Of a DNA stretch of 64,000 nucleotides, positions 1-14,285 are shown in pieces. Each line of letters begins with the position of its first letter. The stretch's first letter is position 1. The notes below the pieces were generated by a model. That model made no database searches. It saw only the letters and a list, made by a program, of their open reading frames with translations, and was not told the origin of the DNA. Location: NCBI GenBank assembly GCA_051362555.1, contig CM120642.1:34162001-34226000 (forward strand). Reading direction: 5' to 3'. The stretch is from Lingula anatina (taxonomy: Eukaryota > Animalia > Brachiopoda). The position numbers and the translations under genes were made by a program.

Positions 1-2289
1 GCCGATCCTGCTAGATCAATCTAGGTATGAGAATGGGGTCCAACTCTACAAGGGACTTCATAACAATGGCAGTGGACAGGACAACACAGGATTGCTAGCA
101 GCCACTTTAAACTAGGTTCTCAGTTATGATGCCAAAATAATTGTTGTTAGACCAATCTTTTTTTTTTTTTTTTTCAAAATCTATAAAAAAAATATTTTCA
201 CTTGAATTATTAACAAAATTGACCATTTTAATAACTTAACCTAAGCCAGAACTCATTCTTATCAACCACTGGGAATATTAAATTCTTTTCAGTCACTGAT
301 GTCGAGGCCCTTCAACAAACGCAAGAATGACATTACTTATATTCCATATATCTCGAGTACCATCGATCTCTCTTCATTGAGCTCTGTAAGTATTGGCCTA
401 GACAGATGTGTAAGAAAATCCTCCTTAATTGCATGGAGAGACACTCACTTCCTACTGCTGATATTAAACAACAGTTAGCAGGACCAGCATTTAACATGAG
501 AAATCCCCTCCCATGTTGGTGCTGTGTGGAAAAGGATCACTGCCTGGGAGCCACTGCCATATGAACCTGACATTTACTGTGTTTACAACAACTTGTCAAT
601 CAAGTAACTAAAAGAACCACAAGTAGAAAAGCTTCAGAAGCTGTTTGTTTTAGAACCAAAGAAAAAACTGAAAAATAATCAAACACAGTCTGGTATATCT
701 TTTGCTCCACTTAATTAGAACAGCACACTGGAAATTAACCAAAAAGCATTTTCAGCCCAATTTCTATTATATGTTAGCTAGCATCCCCCTCTCAGCATGT
801 CATATACTTGTGAAAAGTATGATCATAAAATTTCTAAATTGAAAATAATGTAGAAAGGGATAAAACTCCTGGTGTTTCTGATATACATGCACACTAATCT
901 GCTCTCAAGTAAAACATATATTAGTATTTGGGGGGGGGGGGGGGGGGGGCAAGACTGTTAGAAATCACCATAGGATGAGAAATACTGGGGTTCAAAATTT
1001 GATACTAGCTGGCATAATCCAGGGGGCTTGGTAATAATTAAAGTCTGTCCTAAATAAACCTGTTGGTTCTCATCATTACCTCTGAGCTTTGTTATAACAT
1101 AAAGCTTACCTGAGTATATTTTTTTAACAAGTGGTCAAATTTAAATCTGTAAACCCCTTTGTATTATATGAACTTTATTTTGATAAATCATTTTTTTCAG
1201 AGATGGGTTTAGATATTTAATGGCATTTTAAAGTTGCATAAAGTCATCATAACCAGGTAAATAATAAACCAGCAGCAGACTTCCCTGGGGATGTCCATAT
1301 ATCTCCAGTCCTAATAATGGCTATCACTCCGAGTTACTAGTATGCTATACTCAAAAATACACAATGGATGTACATTTATAAGATCAGTTTCCTGTCAAAA
1401 GTACCGAGTGACTGTACATTTATAAGATCAGTTTCCTTTCTTCATTTAGCCTCAGTTGTGTAAGTTGCATTTTGCGCTCATTAAAAATGCAAATTTTTGT
1501 AAGGGGTACAATTTTCATAATTTGAAAAAACTGTTGGTCCATTCTATTCAAAAGGAACAAAGGGGAATTTACAGTAATGAAAATCACATTCATTCATCTT
1601 TCAATTATAGCAGGGATAGCCATATTAATGCTACATGTATTAATCAATTTGCATATAATCTGCATATAATAATATTATTTTTACTATTATGGTCCATGTG
1701 TAATTGCAGTTGTGGTCTGTGTCATATCTCTGTTTACAAACATATTATGGCCTAATAATACCACTTTACACATTGTCTAATTTTACATATTATTTAGTAT
1801 TACATTAAAAAGTTGTGTACAATTAACCTCAACAATGATTACTACAAACAGCCCTTCTCAAGTTAATACCAGCACTAACAGCCTATCAACGCGGATCTGT
1901 TCATACCACGATAATTATATCAAATCACCAGGTGAAGGCTTCCACGGTACCACTCCATGTTCAGGACATATCTACGATGCAAGAACTGTAAACCATGTAA
2001 ACAACATACACTGGACTGAAACTGAAACCAAGAAAGCAACGGGATACTTGACTTCAAGCTTAACTTGGCTCAAGGCTAGATATCAGAACACTGAACCCGT
2101 TTTCATACTTATTTTCTTTTGTCTACCGAACTTGCAATCAAATTTATAAAAAAAATCAGAGTTAATATTTTCACCCTAATTTAAAGCAACAAAGAAGAAC
2201 CTTTGACTTACCACATTCTTTGTAAGGATTGTCTAGGCGATTTGCTGAACACAAGGACTCAGCTGTCATTATCTACATAAATCTTGTTT

Positions 2290-2416
2290 TCAGCCACGCT
2301 ATTTCCGGGATAGTCAGTGTGTATCGCCCTATTTCATTTGTTGACCTTCTTATGACCTTGCAAATTTAATCCAATCAAAATAGTTTTCTCGAAGTAAGGT
2401 AGGTTAAAGAACTGTC
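2290..2416. promoter_or_regulatory. COMMD8 promoter / 5' region, possibly bidirectional
   Basis: CpG-containing patch with TTTCCGGGA (2302) and CCAAT (2371) just upstream of the ATG; a minus-strand donor lies at 2211. Confidence 0.4.
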
Positions 2417-3455
2417 ATGGCTGAAGAGGGAGGATTTCCTCAACAAAAATTGTTAGAAAAATGCCCCCAGAATCAGATATCAACGGTATTCGTACTTTTC
2501 ACCGCTTTTTACTTTAACGGATTTAAATATGAGTGGAATGCGTGTCTTCAAGTAGAATGTAGAGTATTTATTTTGATTTATCACACTTTTTACAGTGGTA
2601 ATATTTGTGCCGTCGTAGCTCCAGCTTATGGGAAGTATACCTCAGCAAAGGATAATTCTTCTATAACTCATTCTAACTGTTGAAATACTTGTGCAATATA
2701 CCCTAAACTTATACATGCAAGTCCTTAATTTTTGAGGATTTTTCCCAGTTATATGGTGACTGTGATCTGTGCCTGACTGCTGTTGAATTAAATTAAATTA
2801 AGGTTACTTAAAGAATTTTCGATGCCCATCCCTGAAACTACCTCCACACCCATATATTTGAGTGGATTCGAAGCTTCTTGTAAAAACGTTAAAAAATAAG
2901 AAAAATTATGCTAGTGATAACACAATTAGGTACTACAAACTTGCATTTCAGATAGCTGAAAACAGATTTTAAATTGATGCACAAACTATAGACATAAAGC
3001 TTACATTCATTGAAACTGAAGGGAAATAATAGCCGTTTTTTGTTGTTTTTTTTTTTTTTTTTTTGGGGGGGGGGGGGAGTCAGGAGAGGTATCATGCATT
3101 AATTTTTATGGAAAGTGTATATAAGATCCGAATCAAGTATCAGATTGTGAGGGATATATATTTTGACTCAAAACTCGATATTGACAGACATACTGTATGT
3201 CTGAAGAAAAATGAAACTCTTTGTCACTTTGTCAGTTAAATATCTTTAAAAGACTCCCATTACATACTAGAAGACATGTCAAATTAGCTTGCTATTTTTA
3301 GACACTTGCTGTTTTTCACCATTCCAAACTATCACTTTTTCAGAAAAGGGACTCCAAGTAGCTCTGCCACATAATCCAGTCACTGGTATCAGTGGATAAC
3401 AAATACAGATTAACTGATCTTTATCTATTTTCAGAATTTTCCAGCATAATATAAA

Positions 3456-3488
<33 letters not shown>

Positions 3489-5042
3489 CTTCAGTTACTT
3501 CATGGATTGATAGACGGCATTTGTGGAAAGTGTCCCCCGAGATACCAGGACTATGCAAAGATCTGGAGTTTGGAAGAGTGGTGGAATGTTTGTGATTATT
3601 TCAAGGAACTGGCAAAGGATACTCTAAAGAATATCTGGTCCAAAGATGAGGTAATTCATATATAGACATAATATCTGGAGTTATATGCAGAATTGAGAGA
3701 TAACAGATGCTTGGCATATATTTTACAGTCTTTTAAAAATTTGATGAATTTGTACAATTGTGTTGTTTATCATAAGGGGTAGCACCTTGGCAGTATAAGG
3801 TAAAAAAAAAAAAAAGAAGGAAAATGTGTTGTATTATGTATTCAGTTTCAAAAGAAAATTTTCTTTCAAGTACATTGTTATTTCTGCTGGGTTTTAACAA
3901 TATCATAAACAACAGTCATTGTTATTGTAATTTCAAGATTGCAGCACACTTAGAAGGCCTGGGGTCTTCAAAACAAGAGGTATTAGATGTGTTTTGGGTG
4001 CGTAGAGAGGACATGCAACAACATTTAAGACAAGAAACATGTGCAATATCAAGGACTCAGTTGGTAGACTTTGACTGGAGTCTTAAGGTTCGTATTATTT
4101 AAAGATACATATTGAGTACGAAAGATGAATCATGGCCACTAAACCTGACCAAATATTACAACCACATTATTTCAGGTAATATTTCTTAAAAGAAATGCTT
4201 TTGAGTTTTGTTACATAATTTGTCAAAAAGATGGTATTTTCAGTGATAATTTTTTCTTACTTTCTGTTCCCTATCGACTGAAGGAAAAAAATCAGCCTTT
4301 TTTCTACTGCCACATAGATAAATTTTGGTTGGTTTTATGCCATATGGATATTATTTGTGTTGTTTAAAGAACTAGTACCAATGGTTTATATGCATTACAG
4401 GGAGCTTACCCACCCTTTATATGTATTTTTGATAGTTTTAAGATGCCATTTTGGCTTTGGATATTTTCTGAAAATATCAGTTCAAAATCTATTTTATATC
4501 CATCTAGTTAACCAATCTGATTATGAGATGATTTAGAGAAATTTTTGTCCAGTGCCTCAATACATATTGTTTGTTTGTCTGCAGCTAGCCATGTCCAGTG
4601 ATAAGATAGCCAGCCTTCATCAACCTCTAGTATCAGTGGACCTGGATGTACGAGAGGATGAGACAAAGAGAGTAGTTTCCATGGAACTCACCAAAGAAGA
4701 CTTACAGAAACTGATCACTTCTCTAGAAGCTGCCAACAAGGTAACATTACCTGGAAGTATTAAATAAATATAAATTACAACACAGCTTCAAAGTACTTTT
4801 CTTTTATTGATATATATTGGATTATCTTGGTAGTCAATTATATACTGGGTATTATATCTTAGCAATAGAGTCACTCTCCTGCCTTTGTCAATTTGAGATT
4901 GTGAGTAGCTTTACAGATTATGATTTGCATTGAAAAAAATGTGGTAGTTTAATGACACATTTGTATCCCAGTGTTTAAAAGAATCCCATTGTTGACATGG
5001 TGCTTGTTGACATTTCAGGTGGTCAATCAGCTGAAGACGTAG
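2417..5042 (+). CDS. COMMD8: COMM domain-containing protein 8; 5 exons: 2417-2485, 3495-3650, 3938-4087, 4585-4740, 5019-5042; 184 aa
   Basis: All introns are GT-AG and phase 0. The spliced protein (LLHGLIDGICGKCPPRYQDY...QLVDFDWSLK|LAMSSDKIASLHQPLVSVDLDV...SLEAANK|VVNQLKT*) matches the COMMD8 N-terminus and COMM domain as I recall them. AATAAA at 5191. Confidence 0.95.
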
Positions 5043-5917
5043 CACATTGAGTGGCTCTGTGAACAGGGGACGAAAGCTGCACTTGGAACACATGACATCT
5101 GTTGTGAACTCTTATAAACTTTGCTATTCAAGCCAAATGAAAAGTTTATCACCACATTTGTGATATTTTACAAAATAATAGTAAGGTTAAAATAAAATAC
5201 ATCGTTAAAAATAATTTTTTTCATAATAATTTTTAAAGATTTGAGAATGGAATAATTATGCTTCAAAAAAAGGTTTGACAGGAGCTCCTTTTATTTTGGC
5301 ATGTGTTAAATGAGGTTACAGGGTTCTACTCTCTCATGTCTGTGTGGGTAGAACTAGATTGCCAGTCAAACAGCATTGGGATCAATAACAATGATATACT
5401 TTGATTTATCAAATTGAAAGGCAATCATCCAAGTTTTTTGCGCATAATTCAAATGTAAATGGGTTATTTAGAGTAATGTTTTATATAGACTATACCAGAT
5501 GAGATGTAATTAAATATACTAATGAACAGAGTTTTTTACTTCTGTATTTATCAATCTGGATAATTCAGATGTTTTTTATTTCCTTCCCGCTATTGCTGAT
5601 GCATGTATGTACTCCGTGTTGCCTCTGTCAGAAATGAAATGCCAAAAACAGGTCTAGATTTTTGTTAATGAAGTTTTATTCAGGAAAAAAGTATGAAGCA
5701 TACCACTTCTATCTGCTTGTCTTTGCACAAGACTATGAAGATCTAAAAATGTTCATTTTACTAGCAAATGAACAAATTTGTTATAAGTACTGTAATAACA
5801 CAAATTCATTCCATTTCAAGGTAAATTGATAACATACATAATAATACATTAGAAAAATTGTCCATCATCTGTAGTTGGTTTTTAGAAGCAGTTAGCACCT
5901 CGATTCCCAACTTGGTT

Positions 5918-6395
5918 TTCACATGGTAGCCTTAGTATGCGAGTCCAATGTTCACGTGGCGACCTTAGTCCTATGTTCACATTGTGACTGTAGTCCTATA
6001 TTCACATGGTGACCGTAGTTCTGTTCACATGGTAACTGTAGTCCTATGTCCATATGGTGATTGTAGTCCTATGTCCACATGGTAACGGTAGTCCTATGTC
6101 CACATGGTGACTGTAGTCCTATGACCACATGGTGACTGTAGTCCTATGACCACATGGTGACTGTAGTCCTATGACCACATGGTGACTGTAGTCCTATGAC
6201 CACATGGTGACTGTAGTCCTATGACCACATGGTGACTGTAGTCCTATGTCCACATGGTGACTGTAGTCCTATGTCCATATGGTGATTGTAGTCCTATGTT
6301 CACATGGTGACCATAGCCCTATGTTCACATTGTGACTGTAGTCCTATGTTCACATGGTGACCGTAGTCCTATGTTCTCATGGTAACCTTGGTCCG
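5918..6395. repeat. 25-bp minisatellite (cacatggtgactgtagtcctatgac), about 19 copies, between the convergent COMMD8 and PHKA 3' ends
   Basis: Directly visible tandem units. Confidence 0.9.
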
Positions 6396-7264
6396 AGAGT
6401 CCTATGGGTTACACCACACCAAGAGTTCAATTGTACTGAAAAGTGGATGGCTTCACCAAAGGCAAATCTCCCAATAGAATTTATTTCAAGAGGTGTGATC
6501 AAAGCTATTTTTATGATGGGCCTCAAATTATGAAATCCGGTTATGGCACATTTTAATGAAAGCATTATTATTCTTAGAGGAAAAATCAGCCACAAAGGAA
6601 CTGATACTGGAAATTAAACCTAATACAGATATTCACCACAATCACAACCATTATAGGTACCATGGTCAAGATGAAACTTTCCAACAAATCTTAAATGTAA
6701 AAACAATCCAATGAGACAAAGCAAACATTGAAGTTTTAACTTCAACAGTATTTTAGCACAATTCAATCATCTAACATATCACCCTGTTGTTAAGTCCATG
6801 ACTACAGTGTCAGTAAAAAGGGACAAAAAGCAATATACAAAAGAAAAAAGTGCTTATAATACGCTTTGGAAGTTCATACTAAGTACAAATGTCCACCAAT
6901 ACTCCCACAGCATTCATCTAGCAGCAATTTTTATCTGCTTTCAAATCAAAAGCTACATAATTAATAAAACTGAATATAAAAATTGGTTTTGATTTTCAAA
7001 CTAATGTAGTATGTTAAAAGTTATGTTGGCAACATAAATACAAGCAGCATTACATATTTAAAGCTTATTAATAAAATATTTAAAATAAGCAATATGCATT
7101 GTCTTCTAGTGTAATACAAGAAGTTACAATGTGATACCAGATCCAGTTTGGGGAGAGAGGTGAAGGGGAGGAGATATTTGCCTCGCCTTCAGCACTGAGA
7201 CTAGCACTGGCTCATGTCTTAAGAACTCTAGTTGGCAATCCTGAACTGGACACTGCATGGTTTT

Positions 7265-7480
7265 CTAGCTGATGGTGCAATCTAATTCACCATCCTGAAC
7301 AGGGAATTGCAACATTTGTGCCACTGCCCGGGCTAAGTATGTCATGCTACCAAACCGTCCACTAGGAGCACTGTCATAGAGATGTTGACAAATCCCGCGA
7401 GCTCCTCCGCATGCTGCCTCGTGTTCACCATGCCTTGCCTCAGAGGCACAACACAAGGTGGCGTCACCGTTGGCAACAGC
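7265..7480 (-). CDS. PHKA: PHKA last exon (AVANGD...[15 protein letters not shown]...DCTIS*)
   Basis: tttaag| acceptor, TAG stop, CaaX end. Confidence 0.9.
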   Translation of the reverse strand, partial: AVANGDATLCCASEARHGEHEAACGGARGICQHLYDSAPSGRFGSMTYLARAVAQMLQFPVQDGELDCTIS

Positions 7481-7932
7481 CTTAAACCAAATAAAAGAAC
7501 AGAGAAATTCATAAAAGGACTCATATGACAAACATGTGTTGTATGTCTGAAGTATAATTTACAGTCAAGTTTTGAGAAAGAAATACCATGATGTACTACA
7601 ATGCTGCATCTTTCTGTCTAAGAAAATAAAATAAGACATATCTTAATCCTTCAAGATACCAAGATTATCATCTATTACCTGATCCTGGATAAAGATATCA
7701 TTAGCTTCATTGACTATCCTGTCTATAGGTATAACAAAGGACAGGTTAATCTTGGCCTGGGTGTCCTGCTCTACGATTAGACATAATACCATCATAGCTT
7801 CCACCATCAACTGGCGGTACTCTGGCTGAGGGATACGGTTGAACGCTGTCTCCACCTGGATAGCAAATTTAAACTCTCCTGGTGTCATCTGAAAAATAAA
7901 ATATTGAGTGAAATAAAGGAATAAATATATCT

Positions 7933-7981
<49 letters not shown>

Positions 7982-10900
7982 GAATAACAGAGGAGAAAAT
8001 AACAATTACGACACTCACACTGATAATGTTTCCAATTTTTAAAAAAACATTGTCAGAATCTGTCATAATCATCTTTAACTAAACCTGACTGTCAGAAATA
8101 CAGGATCTAAAGAGTCCCATACACACCTCTCTAGTTAAATTCTGGGGTAGAATGTGACCATCTATAGAGATGCCATGACTCTGAAATAAAAATAAAGCAT
8201 AACCTAAATATGTAGTTGAACAAGTGTACAGTAAGTGGTAAAAATACAGCACTCTATCATCAGAGAGAAAGGTCTCTAGCATTAGAAAAATAAAAGATTG
8301 TTTTGAAATGAAAACTACTTGGTATGTACTTCAACTCGAGCCATACTTAAGCACTGACCCTATAAAACCTATCAAAAAACAGTAAAACCTATGGTATTCA
8401 TTTCTTTTCTATTCCAAGAGTTGCCTTATTTACCCATAGACTGCATGCAGCATCAGTAGACAGACATCTCTTAATACTGCAGGCATAAATCATGGAACTG
8501 AATACTGGTCTGAGCATTTTCTTATAGCACTAGAATATTTCAAATATTTTGTTTGAAGGAATGCAACTTAAGATTCATATCATATCTTTGAATGCAGATT
8601 CTGTCTTTAACTTACCCTCTCCAGGACCTGCCACACAGGTATATTGTGTCTTTAACTTACCCTCTCCGGGACCTGCCACACTTTGGTATATTGCGTCTTT
8701 AACTTACCCTCTCCAGGACCTTCCACACTTTGGTATATTGTGCCTTTAACTTACCCTCTCCGGGACCTGCCATACTTTGGTATATTGTGTCTTTAACTTA
8801 CCCTCTCCAGGACCTGCCACACTTTGGTATATTGTGTCTTTAACTTACCCTCTCCAGGACCTGCCACACTTTGGTATATTGTGTCTTTAACTTACCCTCT
8901 CCAGGACCTGCCACACTTTGGTATATTGTGTCTTTAACTTTCCCTCTCCAGGACCTGCCACGCTTTGGTATATTGTGCCTTTAACTTACCCTCTCCAGGA
9001 CCTGCCATACCTTGGTATATTCTGCCTTTAACTTACCCTCTCCAGGACCTGCCATACTTTGGTATATTCTGCCTTTAACTTACCCTCTCCAGGACCTGCC
9101 ATACTTTGGTATAGAAGCCTACAGGGACCCTGTTTAGTGAACCATCAAGTCTCCGTCTTCTCATCCACTGTCCCTGCTTCTCCTCGTCACTCCTGTCTTC
9201 ACTGGCGTCCTCCTCTAGCCCCAGGCTGGTGCTGGACAGGGTCTAAAGCAGGGACAAACAGCAGGGTGATAACTGAGGACTCACAGTTAACATTATCACG
9301 GGTTAGAATATACAACTTAATAAGTTCTACAATCATTCATTTTCCCTATATTAACAATCAAAATAACAGCAAGGACAGATTCAATATTAAACTTTGTCTT
9401 TCTACTGTTGACCTCTTTAATGAATTTAGCTGTTATTATAAGTCACTGTGCAAAACAACAAATAATGAAGGTCAATTAATTCATGAGATTTTAGTAAAAC
9501 ATAATTCTTTAATTCCATGACAAAAGAATTTACCCTACCAATGATGTTAAGACTTTATTACACTCACTTAAACTTTCAAATTTTAATTCACTTAAAAGTA
9601 AAGGGAGAGGGAAATAACTGAAATTTTTAATTTCATCAAAACTAGATAAATGTCACAACAACAAAGATGAACAACAATAACCAGAAAATATCAAAAGGGA
9701 AAATACAGAGAGTAAAGAAAATACCACACTCATGCCAGGTTAGTGAAAGAGAATTTAATATGTATTCATTCAAACTGACCCTTCCTCCCACGCCAAGTCA
9801 GCACACCTTAGTTCACTTCAATCACACAGTATAACCTCCTTTATCCAGAGCAAAGTCATGCACCCCACCCCTTCTCCCTCACAGACAGGACACCCCCCTC
9901 CCTCTTTCCTCACAGACAGGACACCCCCCTCCCTCTTTCCTCACAGACAGGACACCCCCCTCTCTCTTTCCTCACAGACAGGGCACCCCCCTCCCTCTTC
10001 CCTCACAGACAGGGCACCCCCCTCTCTCACAGACAGGACACCCCCCTCCCTCACAGACAGGACATCCCCCCTCCCTCACAGACAGGGCACCCCCCTCCCT
10101 CTTTCCTCACAGACAGGGCACCCCCCTCCCTCTTTCCTCACAGACAGGACACCCCCCTCTCTCTTTCCTCACAGACAGGGCACCCCCCTCCCTCTTTCCT
10201 CACAGACAGGGCACCCCCCTCCCTCTTTCCTCACAGACAGGACACCCCCCTCTCTCTTTCCTCACAGACAGGGCACTCCCCTCCCTCTTTCCTCACAGAC
10301 AGGACACCCCCCTTCCTCTTTCCTCACAGACAGGACACCCCCCTCCCTCACAGACAGGACACCCCCCTCCCTCACAGACAGGGCACCCCCTCCCTCACAG
10401 ACAGGGCACCCCCCTCCCTCTTTCCTCACAGACAGGACACCCCCCTCCCTCTTTCCTCACAGACAGGACACCCCCCTCCCTCTTTCCTCACAGACAGGGC
10501 ACCCCCCTCCCTCACAGACAGGACACCCCCCTCCCTCTTTCCTCACAGACAGGGCACCCCCCTCCCTCTTTCCTCACAGACAGGGCACCCCCCTCCCTCT
10601 TTCCTCACAGACAGGGCACCCCCCTCCCTCACAGACAGGACACCCCCCTCCCTCTTTCCTCACAGACAGGGCACCCCCCTCCCTCTTTCCTCACAGACAG
10701 GGCACCCCCCTCCCTCACAGACAGGACACCCCCCTCCCTCTTTCCTCACAGACAGGGCACCCTCCTCCCTCTTTCCTCACAGACAGGACACCCCCCCTCC
10801 CTCTTTCCTCACAGACAGGGCACCCCCCTCCCTCTTTCCTCACAGACAGGGCACCCCCCTCCCTCTTTCCTCACAGACAGGGCACCCCCCTCCCTCTTTC

Positions 10901-13900
10901 CTCACAGACAGGGCACCCCCCTCCCTCTTTCCTCACAGACAGGGCACTCCCCTCCCTCACAGACAGGACACCCCCCTCCCTCACAGACAGGGCACCCCCT
11001 CCCTCTTTCCTCACAGACAGGACACCCCCCTCTCTCACAGACAGAACACCCCCTCCCTCACAGACGGGGCACCCCCCCCCCCTCCCTCACAGACAGGACA
11101 TCCCCCCTCCCTCACAGACAGGGCACCCCCCCCTCCCTCACAGACAGAACACCCCCTCCCCCCTCCCTCACAGACAGGACACCCCCCTCCCACATACACT
11201 TTGTCCCTCATATATAAACATCACAGAACTCCTCCCCTCCACCATCCCTATCTCTCTCAACCACAGTTACCCCATCCTTACTGCCATCAATCACTAGGCT
11301 TTGTCCCTTATATATAAACAGCACAGCACTCCTCCCCTCCAACATCCCTATCTCTCTCAATCACAGTCACCCCATCCTTACTGCCATCAATCACTGGGCT
11401 TTGTCCCTCATATATAAACATCACAGAACTCCTCCTCTCCACCATCCCTATCTCTCTCAATCACAGTTACCCCATCCTTACTGCCCTCAATCACTGGGCT
11501 TTGTCCCTTATATATAAACAGCACAGCACTCCTCCCCTCCAACAAACCACATGCTTCACTCACCAACACCGTTTTGGGTTTATGTCTTGTTATTAAATCA
11601 CCTGGCCTCATCAGTAACCGATCAGTGGCTAGATGGAAGTTAGAAGGACAACTTAATGATGGAGAGGTAGAAAGTAGAGGACAAGGAATAGAGTGAGTGA
11701 TGGCGTGTGCCTATTGTTGCTGTTTCAGAGATTGTTGGGAATTTAAACACAAAATCTTGCATTCATATAAAATTTTGAGTAAGGAAAATTCTTCTCTTTG
11801 AAATTCCAATACCATAAGAACACAGTTACTCTCTAGTACAGCTACAATTTACACACTGCCAACAATAATATTCAGAGTGAAGGTATAAACATTGAGATAG
11901 AAGTAAATGTGACCATGACCACCTTCATTTTCCTCTTAATCATGGCCATGTCTTTATTCCTGCTGTGTTCCTTCTCTGGTATTCTTATGGACAGTTTGAT
12001 GCCAGAGTATGGACAGGGGACTGAAGGTAGAACACACACAGACATGGAGAGCAACATGTGGTATGGAGCTACACTAGTACATTTGTGTATACAGAACAAT
12101 TTGGTATTGAGCTATAGTATATTTATGTATGATCTATACAAAATGGAAATTTTCTTTCAGCATTAAGTATCACATAAGATCCAATTAAGTTATATCAACT
12201 ACATATTAAACAAGGCAGCAAAGCTGTCAAATGTACAGACAAAAAGCAGGCAATAACTATGCACAAAATAGGCTACTGTCAATTCTGATGCAAAACTACA
12301 TTATGTTAAACTGCAAATTCAACATCAAATTTTAATTATGCTCAACAGGTAATACCAATGTAAGTAAAATGTGTAACAAGCATAAGGCTTCAGGCCCATG
12401 GGAGTTCAAGTTCACACTTTGAAAATGTATAACTTTCAACTGCTTTTCCAACTCAGGCTGCATTTTAGTCCTGCATTTTGTTTCTTTTTTTCTTTTTTTT
12501 TTGAACATTTGGCAATCATAAGTAACATGGTTTTCCCATAATGGTCATCATGGCAGCAGCACCCAAAATTGTTTCCTTCTATTCTGATGCAATATTACAT
12601 AATAGTTAACAGCATAATGACCGTCAATTTTTGATAATAAAATATATGTATCATGGATTTTCAGAAAATGTGACTAGCATGGGTCTTCAAGCATGTGGAA
12701 CTTCAAAGTCACACCTTGAAAATGCCAATTAATATGTGAAAAATTAAATTTTCACAAAGAAACTTTAACTGGCAGAAAGAATTACCAAGCAGACTGCATT
12801 GCCTACTGAAGCTGTATTTTAGTCCCATGTTTCTTTCCTGTAAGTTTGAGAACAGTAAGTGACATGGTTTTTCTTAAATGGTCATCAGTGCCCAAAATAG
12901 TTTTTTTTTTTCAAATTTTGATGCAATATAACATAACATTTAACAGCTGAATGAACTTCAATTTTTAATAATAAAATATTAGTATCATGGATATTCAGAA
13001 AATGTGACTAGCAAAGGTCTTCAGGCCCATGGAACTTCAAAGTCACAACTTGTAAATACCAAAATGTAAACAAGACAGCACTGCTCTGAAATGATTTTTT
13101 TCCATTTTTAACAATTTTTAACATAAAACTAAATTAACACTTTACCGCCATTTTTATATGATCAACTAAAAAAATTAATGAGATGGGAAAAATATCAATA
13201 GAGCTGTGTTAAATGTCCAATTTCTTCCATTCTGAGATTCTGAACATAGTGAATGATTGAATCTGACAAACTGCAATGATATGAGTTTATTTCCATTTTT
13301 GAAACTTCATTACACAATACACGATAACAAGTTTACCATCATTTTTACAAAATCAACTAACAATGTTGTAAAGATGCAGGAAATGTCAAACAAACACTTT
13401 TATGTATCTTATTAGTTAAATAATAAGACTGTTAACATGCCTAATAATTGAATTTGAGGAAATGTGAAAAAACAGCATAACTTCTAAAACAATGACCCGA
13501 TTATGCTAATTTTCAAACTCAACCTGCGTATTATAAATATTCATCAGTTCTGTAAGTTTCAAGCCAAAAGGTAAAATGGTTTTCCACTTATCGTGTTATC
13601 GGTGCTGCATATATGCTGAAAAAAGTGAAAAAACAGCATAAATTCCCTAAAAATGACCCAATCATGCTGTTTTTCGAACTTGACCTGCGTATTATGAATA
13701 TTCATCAGTTCTGTAAGTTTCAAGCCAAAAGGTAAAATGGTTTTCCACTTATCGTGTTATCGGTGCTGCATATATGCTGAAAAAAGTGAAAAAACAGCAT
13801 AAATTCCCTAAAAATGGCCCAATCATGCTGATTTTCGAACTTGACCTGCGTATTAAGAATTTTCATCAGTTCTTTAAGTTTCAAGCCAAAAGGTAAAATG

Positions 13901-14254
13901 GTTTTCCACTTACTGTGTTATCGGTGCTGCATATATGCTGAAAAAGTGAAAAAACAGCATAAATTCCCTAAAAATGGCCCCATCATCCCGATTTTCGAAC
14001 TTGACCTGCATATTATGAATATTCATCAGTTCTGTAAGTTTCAAGCCAAAGGGTAAAATGGTTTTCCACTTATTGTGTTATCGGTGCTGCATATATGTTG
14101 AAAAAAGTGAAAAAACAGCATAAATTCCCTAAGAGTGACCCGATCATGCTGATTTTCGAACTTGACCTGCGTATTATGAATATTCATCAGTTCTGCAAGT
14201 TTCAAATCAAAAGGCAAAATGGTTTTCCACTTATCGTGTTATCGGTAAAAGTGC

Positions 14255-14285
<31 letters not shown>

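Noticed and set aside
9858-11297. 479-aa Pro-rich ORF
   Set aside because: Entirely a C-rich minisatellite that lacks stops by composition.
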